Part shown: positions 1 through 12,249 of the stretch, piece by piece
Layout of the letters: each line of letters opens with the position of its first letter
How positions within the stretch are numbered: the first letter of the stretch is position 1
From: the human T2T-CHM13v2.0 reference genome, Homo sapiens
Length of the DNA: 64,000 nt
Assembly: GCF_009914755.1 (NCBI RefSeq)
Contig: NC_060937.1
Direction: 5' to 3' (one strand)
Program-made: the position numbers and the translations under genes
Notes under the pieces: model-generated
What the model saw: the letters and a program-made list of their open reading frames with translations, nothing else
The model's database searches: none
Told to the model about the DNA's origin: nothing

Positions 1-763
1 TGAATCAAAATCCTCATTCAACAAGTTCCCCGGGTGACTTTTTGCAAATTGGTGACCGAGACGCCCTTATCTGCAAAGCATGGTCAACAGAACTGGTCCC
101 CTTTCCCTCCATTCCTATTCCTATTATACAAAATTCTGACTTCTCCTTAATTACGAACATTCTATTGTAGACAAATTTGATTTGTTCTTCATCTGTACTT
201 TATTCCAAACAGATTTTAAATTCTGTCTTAGACCACAGGTGAAAAATAAGACTTCAAACTTTTAAAAACTCCCCTTTATGTCTCATTCCTTTCCTGTTCC
301 CCATAGGCCACTGAAGCCTCCTGAACACCATCTCCCCTTCCATATTTCACCTGTAGGTTCTACTTCGAGGGCTGTCTGATCTTAGCTGTGACATCATCAT
401 TCCCTTCCTGCTACCTAAATTTAAAAATCCTCCCTTTCAAAGACTTCCCAGGCTCTTGCCAGCCTTTCATCTCTGTATGGGCCAGCTTTACTTTTAGATT
501 ACATGGAGGCCTATTTTCCGGAGGCTCTCAAGCTAGACTCCATGATCTAGTCCAACTTCTAGATTTCATTTCCAGAAAATTGCCCACCAATCTCACTTTC
601 TGTCAGTTCCTATCTGACTTCAAAACATCCGAATAAAAAAGGGAAATTCATCAATCACCTTGACATTGATCTTCCCACTGCTGGAGGCTTGGTGTTGCCC
701 GAACCGCCTTCTTGAGGATCGTCGTTTTTTCCCCTTTCCAACTGGATATTTTGACATTACACA

Positions 764-1172
764 TGATAAAAGAAAAACTTCAGCCGAATTAAATTTAAAG
801 GAGTTTCATCAAGCAATGAAAGATGTGCAACTCGGGCGGCCTCCCAAGCCAGAGTAGGCTCGGAAACTCCAGGACAGCCACAGCGGCAAGATCTATGGAG
901 AAAAAAAGGGAAGTGACGTACAGAAAACGGAAGTAAGGTACAGAAACAGTAACAGTGGATTGGTTACAGGTTAACATTTGCTTTATTTTGAACATTTGAA
1001 CATGGTTCAAACAGTTGGCTACATTTGATTGGGCAAAACTCGGTGACAGCCACAAGCGTAGGCTACGGTCTATTTACACCTCCACTTGTTATAGTTCACG
1101 ATGTACAGAAAAACCTCTAGGCCGAATTTAAAGTAGGTAAGGAGTCAGCTTTAGGCTAAACTTGATTTAACA
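764..1172 (-). mobile_element. Solo ERV1 LTR, MER57 family
   Basis: Reverse complement begins TGTTAAATCAAGTTTAGCCTAAAGCTG and ends GAAGTTTTTCTTTTATCA, matching the recalled MER57 consensus. TG..CA termini; 4-bp TSD CACA at 760-763 and 1173-1176. Confidence 0.85.
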
Positions 1173-2071
1173 CACAGATGCAGTAGACAGCAAGCACAAA
1201 AGCAACAGTTGGCTTGTTCTAATGACAGCAGTAATGAGTAAGCACTGATTATCAGAGAATGAGGGTTGTTAGGAATGAATTCTGCCTAGTTTCTTCAATT
1301 TCTCAGTTCCTAAAGCTTTCACTGCCCCTCCCTTTCAGTCACCTCTCCCATGATCACCCCAAGGCCAGGTCATCATGGGGAATTATCGACCTCCAACACC
1401 CTGAACACCAATTTCCCACTGTTCTATCAAAAACATTTTACCTATGACACTCATATTCCCACATTCATGCCTGTTGACCCTAATTCAGGCTGAATCAACC
1501 AGAACATGAACTCAGCCTTTCAGCAGTTTCCACAGGAAATGAAATGACCTAAGAATGCCATCATTTCTGAAGTCATTACTGAAGACTTGTGGAATCATAG
1601 AGAAAAGTTACTTCACACATAGGACAGTGTTATGAAGGTGTTTTCTCTCCACACATCTGGCACTTAGCCCACAGACTCCACTCTCTGATAGCCCCTCCAC
1701 CCCTACTCAACATTTCACTCAAGTTCTCCCATCCCTTATGCAGGGCTAATTCACTCTACACCCAGCTCCTACCCCAAAAAAGCCAGAGAACCTATCAAAA
1801 CCAAAATTAGTGTCTGATATGCAGCAAGATTCCAGGAATGCAAAAAAAAAGAAAAAAAAACATATTGGTAGAAGATGAGACCAAACAGCAAAGAATGTGG
1901 AGCAACAGGGGAGGAGCTCAAAAAAAGAGAGTTTGCAAATAAATCCACTTGAAATCGAGGTCCATGAGCACTCTCTATACTTCATGTTGACCTAGATTTT
2001 TGCATCACTGGTCCTCCATGTATGAAAATTATATTAACTCATTAGAAGATGGTATCTATCTATCAGGCCTA

Positions 2072-2280
2072 ACAGTATAGAGGCTAGATGCAAGAGCTCT
2101 GAAGTCTGGCTGCCTCTTACCAGCTGTTAACAAGTTACTTAGCTCCTCTGTGCCTCTTTTGTAAAATGGGAATAATAGAAGCTTCTGCCTCCAAGGCTCA
2201 TGATGAGGGTTATATGAAAGATTGTATGCACACTGCTTAGCACACAGCCTGCCCAAAGTAAGCGCTAAATGTATTTCGGC
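2072..2280 (+). mobile_element. MIR SINE fragment
   Basis: MIR core-like 'caagttacttagctcctctgtgcctc..tgtaaaatgggaataata' and 3' 'gcttagcacacagcctgcccaaagtaagcgct'. Boundaries approximate. Confidence 0.7.
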
Positions 2281-3108
2281 TATAGTAAGAATCAGCATTG
2301 ACCATAAACCTTCTTTCTGAAGGGCTCACATTAAAAACAGCTTTTTATCTGATAACTTGTATTCATCTGTTATTTGGACATAGTATCTGTGTGGACAAAA
2401 AGATAAGACAAATAAAGATACAGAGTGAAAGGGAGTAGGATGGAATGCTGGATTTTAAACAAACACAAAAGTGATGAAAAGGAAAATGATTCCTGTACCC
2501 TACTGAATTATTACAAAAATAGATGCAAAAATCAAATCAACAATGTCAAGGAAAATGAAAGGTCAGCGACTTTTCTCTCTCGCCTTCATTCAGGACCACA
2601 TTCAACTTACCCCTGGAAGAATACATTTTATTTCCAAAGGGCCTCTTAGCAGAGATTGGGCATTCTGCCTGAGTAACCAACTCCTTTCTTCTGACTGTAA
2701 GACTAGAAAATGCATGGCTTTATATTCTAGAAATTGATGTATGTATAGAAATAAAATTGAGTGGTCAGTGGGCACAGAATTGGGAAATGTCCCTGTCTCT
2801 TATTTAATCTGTTTTCTAGTTATCAAACATAATTTGCAATAAATAAGAAACAATTACCAAAAATGCTATACTCAGATATCCTCAGAAAATCTTGCGTTGT
2901 TTCCTCAGTTTTTAAAACCTTGTCACTAGTATAGTCTTGTCCATCTAAATTTGCAGAAGTGATCTTAATACATTTCAAACAACGACTGCCACTTCAAGAA
3001 CAGGTCTTCAGCAATCATCCTTGGGTTTTAACCTCTAGATTTAACCTCCTCCCTGAACTCCAAGCTTATATACCCAGCTACCTACTCATCTTCTTAACTG
3101 GCATAGCT

Positions 3109-3153
3109 ATTAGGTTGGTGCAAAAGTAACTGCGGTTTTTGCCATTACTTTTA
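3109..3153. mobile_element. MADE1 (Hsmar1-derived MITE) half element, inside an L2 remnant
   Basis: ttaggttggtgcaaaagtaactgcggtttttgccattacttt matches the mariner TIR; the second TIR is absent. Confidence 0.8.
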
Positions 3154-3712
3154 AATCAAACTACAGTAGGCCTCTTAACATGCCCCAAAGTAAATTCCTG
3201 AACCTTCCCATAGCCTGCTTCCCTGTCTGCTCCCCTCACTCTTAGTTGCACAGGTCAAAGATCTTACAGTCTCCTGACTCCTTTCTTTCACATGCTCCTT
3301 CCAGTCCATCAGAAAGTCTCCGGTTTGCCTTCAAAATATATCTAAGAGCTCTCCTTAATTCCAGTAACAATGGGCTAAATTATTAAAGCCAAACAAAACT
3401 TAGCAATTAAAAACTCTGGACAAAATATTTTAAAACATGTAAGAGCTGGCAAAATGATAAGGAAATATAAAAATGAAGAAAAATTATAGTCCAAGGGGGA
3501 GAAAATATCTGTCTTTGCTCTGAGGACATGTGTCCATCCCAAAACAGTCTTCTTGGGGACCTAAACATTATGGGGATACAACAATAAAACAATTTCTAGT
3601 TTTGAGAACTTAAAAGATTGGGACCTTAAAGGGTCTAAAAGGTGAGGCTAGTTCAGGAATAGATGATGTCACATAAAATTACACCTAAACCTGATTCCTG
3701 GATCATCCAGTG

Positions 3713-4237
3713 TAGTGGTCCCCAACCTTCTTGGCACTAGCAACTGGCTTCGTGGAAGACAACTTTTCCACAGACTGGAGTAGGGGGATGGTTTCAGGAT
3801 GATTCAAGTGCATTACATTTATTTTGTACTTTATTTCTATTATTATTACATTGTAATATATAATGGAATAATTATACAACTCACCATAATGTAGAACCAA
3901 TGGGAGCCCTGAGCTTGTTTTCCTGCAACTAGACAGTCCCGTCTGGGGGTGATGGGAGACAGTGACAGATCATCAGGCATTCGATTCTCATAAGGAGCAT
4001 GTAACCTAGATCCCTCACATGTGCTGTTCACAACGAGGTTTGCACTCCTATGAGAATCTAATGCTGCCCTGATCTGACAGGAGGCAGAGCTCAGGTGGTA
4101 ATGCGAGTGATGGGGAGTGGCTGTAAATACCGATGAAGCTCCCTTGCCCGCCGCTCATCTTCTGCTGTGCGGCCCAGTTCCTAATAGGCCACAGGCCTAT
4201 CTAGGTAGGTTTGTGGCCTGGGGGTTGGGGACCCCTG
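3713..4237 (+). mobile_element. MER1A (hAT-Charlie) DNA transposon
   Basis: TIRs tagtggtccccaacc...ggttggggacccctg; 8-bp TSD atccagtg (3705-3712) / atctagtg (4238-4245); internal sequence matches recalled MER1A. Confidence 0.9.
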
Positions 4238-4489
4238 ATCTAGTGAATCTCAAGCCTTGAATTTGTTTTAAGGTCATCCCAAACTGGTAGCATCTCCATG
4301 CCTGGCAGAAACAATTAGAAATCCTATCTGAATGAAGTTTTCCTTAATCTTAGGCTTCAAATAACCCCTATGCGTTTTTTTTTTCCAAATACAACATCTA
4401 ATATCCAGTCAAAGATAACTAGGCAGGTAGGAAGCTAGACTCCATGAGAAAGAACCAGCAGAAGCAACAGGTAACAGAAGTAGATTCAC

Positions 4490-4770
4490 AAGGCTTACAT
4501 AGGAATTATCAGTCTATAAAATAATCATGCTCACTATGTTTGAATCCATAAAAGATAAAACTTGTGGAACTCTGCAGAAACAGAAAAAGATAAAAAATGA
4601 CAAAGCAGATTTTAAAATGGAATTTCATAGAAATAAAAACACAATAAAATTTAAAATTACATGGATGGGTTAAACAGCAGATTCTATGTGATTGAAGAGA
4701 ATTAGTAAACTGAAGGATAAATCAGAAGAAATTATACAGAATGCAACATGGAGAAAAAAATGATTAAGTA
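4490..4770 (+). mobile_element. Old L1 (L1M) fragment, ORF1-like region
   Basis: A-rich 'gaagagaattagtaaactgaaggataaatcagaagaaattatacagaatgca', typical of ancient L1 ORF1. Boundaries approximate. Confidence 0.6.
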
Positions 4771-4789
4771 GTATACAGGGAGTCAGTAG

Positions 4790-5059
<270 letters not shown>

Positions 5060-5600
5060 CAAATATGGTTTATTCCAAGAACAAAAGGTTGATTCGACAT
5101 TAGACGATGGAATGCACCACATAAATAGCATAAGGGAGAAAAACTATATGATTATCTCAAGAGAGCCAGAAAAAGGTTTTGATAAATTCAACATCTGTTA
5201 TTACAAAAACTCTTAGTGAACTAGGAGTAGAAGAGAATCTTCCTCATCTGATGAAAAGTATCTATAAACATCATACCTGAAACACTGAAGTGCTAGAAGC
5301 TTATGCTTTGAAACAAAGTACAACATGAGGATGTCTGCCAGTAGCACTTCTTTACTGTATTTTGCTGGAGGTTTCAGCAGGTAGAGAAAAGCCAAAAATA
5401 AGAATAAAAATGAGTGGGGGGATTATAAGTTATACAGATTAGATGGGAAGAATGAAAACTATCATTATTTGAGAATGCTATGACTGTATGTATAGAAAGT
5501 CCCAAATACTCTACAGACAAATTATCAGAATTAGTAAGTGAGCTTAACATAAGTGATCTTGTTGATGAAAACAAGGCCAATGTACAAAAATCAATTGCAT
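5060..5600 (+). mobile_element. Old L1 ORF2 (RT-region) remnant
   Basis: Degenerate L1 ORF2 motifs: 'ggtttattccaagaacaaaaggttgattcgacatt', 'tttgataaattcaacatc', 'tgtacaaaaatcaattgcattt'. Confidence 0.7.
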
Positions 5601-5609
5601 TTGGACATC

Positions 5610-6160
5610 TTGCTGTGCGGGAAAGCAATGAAGCACTTAAACACTAATGGGAGCAAGTCAAACGGACATAGGAGGCAGCTTGAAGAGGCTTCCACTGGCT
5701 GAAATTTGAGAGAATTTAAACATTGAAGAGAATAATGATGGTAATTAACTGTAAAGTATTTAATAAATAAAACTTCATAAGTACAATGAGAGGAGAGAGA
5801 CTTAATAATAAAGCTGCCTCTGAGACTCCCCAGGAAGCTGCTGGGGCACTGGTGAAACTTACTGGGGAGCCCTTGTGTGGATGTTGCTAAAGTCACTGGG
5901 AAGTTGCCCTCAGGGATGCTGCTGAAACTTGCTAAGGTGTGAAAACGCCTGGGTGTCCCGCATGCCAGTGAGCACCACAGGAGCAAGAAGAGAAGAAAGC
6001 ACTGGAAACAAGAAGAGAAGGCCCTGGCTTGTACAATGTCCTACCAGTGTCCTCCACTGACAAAGCTTAGCATCCTATCATCTGGCAAAGTAGAAATGTG
6101 CACAGGGTCCAGCTACAGTATCATAAAGCAGAGCTGAGAGGCAGTCAATCAATAAACACA
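5610..6160 (-). mobile_element. Probable old ERVL-class LTR (LTR40-like)
   Basis: 'ccactgacaaagcttagcatc...cagggtccagctacagtatcataaagcagagctgagaggcag' resembles recalled LTR40 antisense; interrupts the L1. Confidence 0.4.
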
Positions 6161-6779
6161 TACATATATATGTATGTAACATGTATATTACAGTTTTTAT
6201 TTAATATGCTGATAAAGTTAACTCTAGTTAAGCCAAAGTTGAAAGCTTTAAGTTTAGTTTACATTTTTATATGTGTGTATTTGGAGACATGGATATATAA
6301 AGGTGTATTAAGATTATATTTAATTTTCTAAAGTAAACTTCTCAATAGGTCAGAAAAAGAGAAATCTTTGAGTATATTTTCTTTTGGCATCACCATTGTA
6401 ACTCACCTTAGCAAAAGTCGCTTATTTATCAAAAAAGCTCAAAGTTTTTAATAACCATTTCTTATTGCTGTACCCCTTCAAAATAGTACCTATGACTACT
6501 TCTTGCCTTTAAATAACTTATATTTATATCTGACAGCTCTTGATGCCTATATCATAAACTATCTTTTGGTTTTTTGGAATAGCTACCATGTAATTCAAAG
6601 ATTTGCTCATTCCCTTTACAAAAGAATGAATCATAGAAATACTGAGATTTGCTTTACATTCTCCAAATTTTAGATAATGCCTAACTTTAGATAAATGTGT
6701 TTCAGTGACTATGAGGTTTTTTTCAAGTTAAAGAAATATGCTCTTGTTCAATCACAATTATTGGTATAATAACAGTCTA

Positions 6780-7571
6780 TAAAAATTGAGGAAAAAGGCC
6801 TCTTTAGTAAATCATTCAGAAATAGTTGGCTATCCATATGGGAAAAAAATTAACTTGTCCCCACTTCACAAACATATACAAAAATCAATTGTAAATCTAA
6901 ATATGAAAATTAAACTATAGAATTCTAGTAGATAATACTAAATAATTTTTCCATGATCTTGGACATGTCAAGAAAAAATGGGTAAATTGGAGTACATTGA
7001 AATTACAAGCTTCAGTTCACAGAAGACACCATGAAGAGAATGAAAAAGGAAGCTATAGAATAGGAGAAGAAATTTACAATAAAAATAATTGACATAGGGC
7101 TTATTTTCAGGCTACAGAAAGAACTCCCACAAAGCAGTGAGAAAAAAACAACCCAACAGAAGAAGGAAAAATGACTTAAACAGGTACTTCACAATATGGG
7201 AAATGCAAATATTAAATAAATATGTATATGTAAAGGTGTACAATCTTATTAATAGTCAGGTAAATGCAAATCAGGCATTAGAGTCTCATAAGGCACACGT
7301 AACCTAGATCCCTCACAAATTAATTAATGCAAATTAATGCAAATTAAAACAACACCAAAATATTACTATATAAGCACCAGAACACATAAAATGTAAAAGA
7401 CTGACAATAACAAGTGTTGGCAAAGATGTGAAACAACAGGATCTTTCATACATTGCTAGTGGGAATGTAGCCTGGACAGCCACTTTCAAAAATAGTTTCA
7501 GGTTAGCTACTAAAGTTGAAAATACCCATATCACAGCCAGAAAGGTATATATCCTGATACAAACATACATG

Positions 7572-7602
<31 letters not shown>

Positions 7603-8045
7603 ATCCAAATGTTATATGTCCAAGAGTAACGTGCATACCAATAGATATGTAAAAGAATGTTCAGAGTAGCACTATTAGAAGCAGCTTAAAAATGGGGTCA
7701 ACCCCCAAATCCTCAATATGCACGGTTTTAAAGAATTTTGATCTATTCATGCAATTTTATATTGCACAAACATAACGTTGAATACAAGAAGTCAAACATA
7801 AAATACATACTATATGACGTGATTTTCTTAAAGCTCTAAAAAACAGACAACAGCAAACTTTATGCATAGGCGTAAAAAAATATAAAGAAAAGCAAGAAAG
7901 TGATTATTCTAAAAGTCAGGAGGGTGGTTACCATTGGGGAACATGGTAGACTTTCTGGGGAGGTGAATGCTTATGCTTTGACCTGGTAAGTACTCACACT
8001 TAGACAATGAGCTGTTACATTTCTGTTTACACTTTTCTGTATACA
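6780..8045 (+). mobile_element. Old L1 (L1M) ORF2 3' end / 3' UTR remnant
   Basis: 'ggctatccatatgggaaaaaaattaacttg', 'actgacaataacaagtgttggcaaagatgtg', 'cattgctagtgggaatgta' are L1 3' motifs. Contains (CA)n at ~7575-7600. Confidence 0.75.
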
Positions 8046-8093
8046 CATTTGTATAGTGAATGTACATTCTATTTCACTATACAAATGGATTGT

Positions 8094-8417
<324 letters not shown>

Positions 8418-9034
8418 AATGGATTGTTCAAAGTCTTTTTAAAACGTCTTAACTTGTGTATATTATTTAACTTCTCTGAACTTCAGTTTCGCCATCATCT
8501 TTAAAATGATATCTGTGGTACTGTAAGAGCTAAGGATTCGGAATATCATGATACCTCAATACAAAGTTTCTTTGTTTCCCCCCAACATCCAAACAGCTGA
8601 CTCTCCCACACGAGAAGTAGGGGCAGATTTCTTGGGGGGTTCACAGGAGCAAAATGATTTTGGGCACCATCCTTCCGCCACTTGCCTGCACCCTGGTGAC
8701 CATTGGTTGAAGAGAAGAATATTTTTTCTCTCTCTCTCTCAAGTAGAGACCTATGCCCACCTCTACTCTTGCTCTCTGAGGCCCTCGGGCATATGGAGAT
8801 AGTTAGTGGCAGACTGAGAGAGTGTAGAGAAGAAAGCAAACAGAACAGACGCCCAAACCGTAAGTTCTGGAAACAAAGGAACGTTTCAGGCAGAAAACAT
8901 GGTAGACAGCGTGCGATGGAGTGGACAAGTCTCAGGCAGCCTGCAAGAGCCACTTTACTCCCACGTGATGGAAGAAGCAACAAGTGAAGGAAGGTCAGCA
9001 GGAGCATAGGAATGTTACTTACCCAGTGCACTGT

Positions 9035-9553
9035 TGTGTCTGGAGTTGGTTCCCTCCAGTGGGTTCGTAGTCTCACTGACTTCAACAATGAAGCTGCAGA
9101 CCTTCACGGTGAGTGTCACAGCTCTTAAATGTGGTGCAGACCCAAAGAGTGAGCAGCAGCAAGATTTATGGAGAAGAGCAAAAGAACAAAGCTTCCACAC
9201 ACAGAAAGGAACGGCAGCAGGTTGCCCCTGCTGGCTGGGGTGGCCAGCTTTTATTCCCTGATTTGTCCCTGCCCATGTCCTGCTGATTGGTCCATTTTAC
9301 AGAGTGCTGATTGGTCCATTTTACAGAGTGCCGATTGGTCCATTTTACAGAGCTCTGATTGGTCCATTTTACAAACCTCTAGCTAGCTACAGAGTGCTGA
9401 TTGGTGCATTTTACAAACCTCTAGCTAGCCACAGAGTGCTGATTGGTACGTTTTTACAGACGCTGATTGGTGTATCTTACAGTCCTGTTGTAAGACAGAA
9501 AAGTTCTCCAAGTCCCCACTCTACCCAGGAAGTCCAGTTGGCTTCACCTTTCA
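9035..9553 (-). mobile_element. LTR12-family (HERV9) 3' LTR, 519 bp, LTR12F-like
   Basis: TG..CA termini. Seven CCAAT boxes (ATTGG at 9286, 9310, 9334, 9358, 9400, 9442, 9466). AATAAAA TATA-like element at 9249-9255 (- strand). Polypurine tract directly adjacent (9554-9568). Confidence 0.92.
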
Positions 9554-11062
9554 ATCCCCCCTCTAAACAGGACACCCCAGCTGCTGTTGGGAATTGAGCA
9601 ATGACCACTCTAGCTACTTCCTGCTGGATAGGGGTGAAGAAGGGGCCCTGCAGTGGTAGTGTCCTCCAGAGGGAAACTCTCCAGGCCAGCCAGAGGGCCA
9701 GTGGTTCGATCCAGGGGTCCTTGGTAGAAGTTGAGAGTTGAGCTCATTTGGGGTTCCATTTGTAAGACCATCTGTAGCTTGATGGCCTTGATCCTGGAGG
9801 AAGCAAATTTGACAAGGAGGTTAAAAATACAGGGCCTGAAGGTGAGTAATAGCAAGATGGCTGTCACGGGGCCTAGAAAGGGGAAAAGGCATGTCGCCCA
9901 ACTCCAGAGGTTGGTATAAGAGTTTGAAGGGCATTGTCTGATTTCAGAAGCTTTTTTCTGTAAACGCCGGGTAGTGTCTCATACTATCTCTGACTGGTTA
10001 GTGTAAAAACAAAACTCTTCCCCTAAGAAGGTGCAAAGTCCTCCTTTCTCAGCAGTGAGGAGGTCTACGCCTCGGCGGTTTTGGAGAGTCACTGCTGCCA
10101 AAGAGTCTATTTGGGACTGTAGAGTAAGGATAGATTTTGTTATTTCTTGCAAACTGTCTGAGAAATCCTTTGACAGTGTGTGGTAGTAGGATAATGAAGT
10201 AGATAAATCTGGTATTCCGGTTCCTGTAGCAGTGGCCATTCCTAACCCTATAAGTAGGAGTATTAGTTTTATGGCCCTGCGCTGACTGGACTTGAGCTTT
10301 GAGGGGAACTGATAGAGTCTGATTTCCGTAAGATTAGAAGTTAGGACAATACATGTTACACTGTTAACTTTTAGCAAACTTTACTTTTGTTGAAAACCTT
10401 GTAAGTTTGGGATTTCCATTATTCTTTGCTATTAATAAGACCTCGTTTAGTCCATATTAACTTAGAATTGGTATAAATGGCTCCTTCCTGATTCTGTAAG
10501 TACTTTAAGGTTTAGCTGAGTGCAAACAGCTCTTGAGCAGACCAATTATTAGGCAATTTTCCTAACTCTGCTTCTACAAGAGTTTCCTTATCACTTACTG
10601 AATACCCATTTTGTCTTTTTCCCTTAATTGCCCAGGAGGAACCATCTATCGTCCTGTCCTGAAGGGAGTTCCTCCTAGATCTGGTCGGACCTTCGTATGG
10701 TAATTAATTAAGATTTAGATCCCCTGTTAGGAACCTGCTGGGTTAAGGATTTTTGATAGGAAGGCTATGGGTTGTCAGTGGCCTCAGTGCTTTCGGGCTG
10801 TGCCCTTGTTTACACTGACAACAAGGTGGTATTGGAGTGTTACAGGGTCACGGAGAAGACCTTCAATTATCAATTACAGGTTTTAAATTTACCCTGGCTT
10901 TTAAAGGAATAGGGTACACTGTTTTTTCTTTACTACTTTTATCTCTCTCTCTTTCTCTCTTTCCTTCTCTCTTTGACTTTCTGTCTCTCTCTCTCTCTCT
11001 GTCTGACTTGTCTCTCTGTCTCTTCCTCTCTATCCTTCTATCTTTGACTTTCTGTCTCTGTG
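9554..11062 (-). mobile_element. Truncated HERV9 internal segment (AG-rich tract, non-coding segment, env 3' part, PPT); no 5' LTR
   Basis: Contiguous with the LTR through the PPT; env TM peptides present; CT-rich (AG on - strand) tract at ~10940-11062, where similarity ends. Confidence 0.85.
9610..10312 (-). pseudogene. Defective ERV env, transmembrane subunit remnant
   Basis: Cleavage/fusion region QRR-AIKLILLLIGLGMATATGTGI; immunosuppressive domain LQNRRGVDLLTAEKGGLC; CX6CC mutated to CTFLGEEFC; stop at 9979-9981; tail PCIFNLLVKFASSRIKAIKLQM in ORF 9610..9867; SU absent. Confidence 0.88.
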
Positions 11063-12249
11063 ACTCAGACAGAGGTTCTTGGCTCTCACCTCTGCCTCCA
11101 CCTTTAACAGGTAGGAGCAAAGGTTTACCCTCCCACCCCCAGATGGTGATAAGAACACATGGGCCAACCTTAGAGAGAGGTACAAATGAACTCCAGTTCT
11201 ATTATGGGTTAAAGACTCTCGTGGTAGAAACTAACTACCGTGTTTAACATGATTTATAAGGAAAATACTTTCCAACTTCCAAACATGCAGGACTAATTTG
11301 TAAATTCCTTTATGCACTTATTTATTTAAAATTAATATAGTTTATGATTATGCCTTCTGAAAATATACGGAGCTCTTAACTAAAACCCAAGTAAAGAGGT
11401 AAAGCATGCTTATTAATAAAAACCCAGAAAAACAATAATTTTAAGAGACTGTAGTAAAGGTTATCAGGCAACTAGGACAAATTGATTACTGTAGTTGAGG
11501 ACAAGATCTACTACCAAGACTCCTGGCAGCTCAGTGTGGTGAAACAAATGTCCTCTATGGTTTCCCTACAGGCTGGTGACCCAAGGACTGGCTGGGAAGA
11601 GGGAGCTTACTGCTAAAGAATCCAGGGCATAGGCAGCTGCTTTAACATCGCTGGGCCTGTTTCTCTCCTCTGTAAAAATGATGGGATTCACCAGATTACA
11701 TTTAAGGTCATTTTTAGTTTTAGAAAGTTGTGATTCATTCTTGATTCATTGATCAATATTTTTAAATGTCCCAGTTCATTCTGAGAAGCAATTTATTTTT
11801 CCTGGTATTAATTTGTAGGGGAAATGTGTCACAGAGTTCTTGATATCAGGCACACTGAGTCACTCAACTAACAATGTGCTCACTACAGTTTTGCAAAGAA
11901 TACAGAACTGCACATTTAGAAAGCTTTTCCTGTATCTTCCCTTTATAAAACTTGAGGACAAAAAATATAGATGAGCTCAGTGCTTCCTAAAGTTTGTTCC
12001 ATTGGTACTGCGAGACACAACTTGAAAATTTTAAATGAAAATAAGGAGGAAAATTCACAATGAATATTAGCTTATCCAGGTGCATAAAGATAGGTAGGAA
12101 AGACTTTTTTAAACCCAAGTTTTCTCAAAACTTCATTTGCATTAAACCAGTTTAATACCTAATATAGCTCACATTCTGAAGAACTCACTTTAGAAAATGT
12201 TAACGTTCCATTTCTCTTTACTTGCTTCCAGCAAAAATGTTCAAGAGAT

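Noticed and set aside
3109-3153. miR-548-type hairpin from MADE1
   Set aside because: Only one TIR is present, so no fold-back is possible.
9281-9480. 24-bp repeats resembling a CRISPR array
   Set aside because: Tandem CCAAT enhancer repeats of LTR12, with no unique spacers, in eukaryotic DNA.
9610-10377. Functional syncytin-like env gene
   Set aside because: No signal peptide or SU, CX6CC mutated, and a stop before the membrane anchor.
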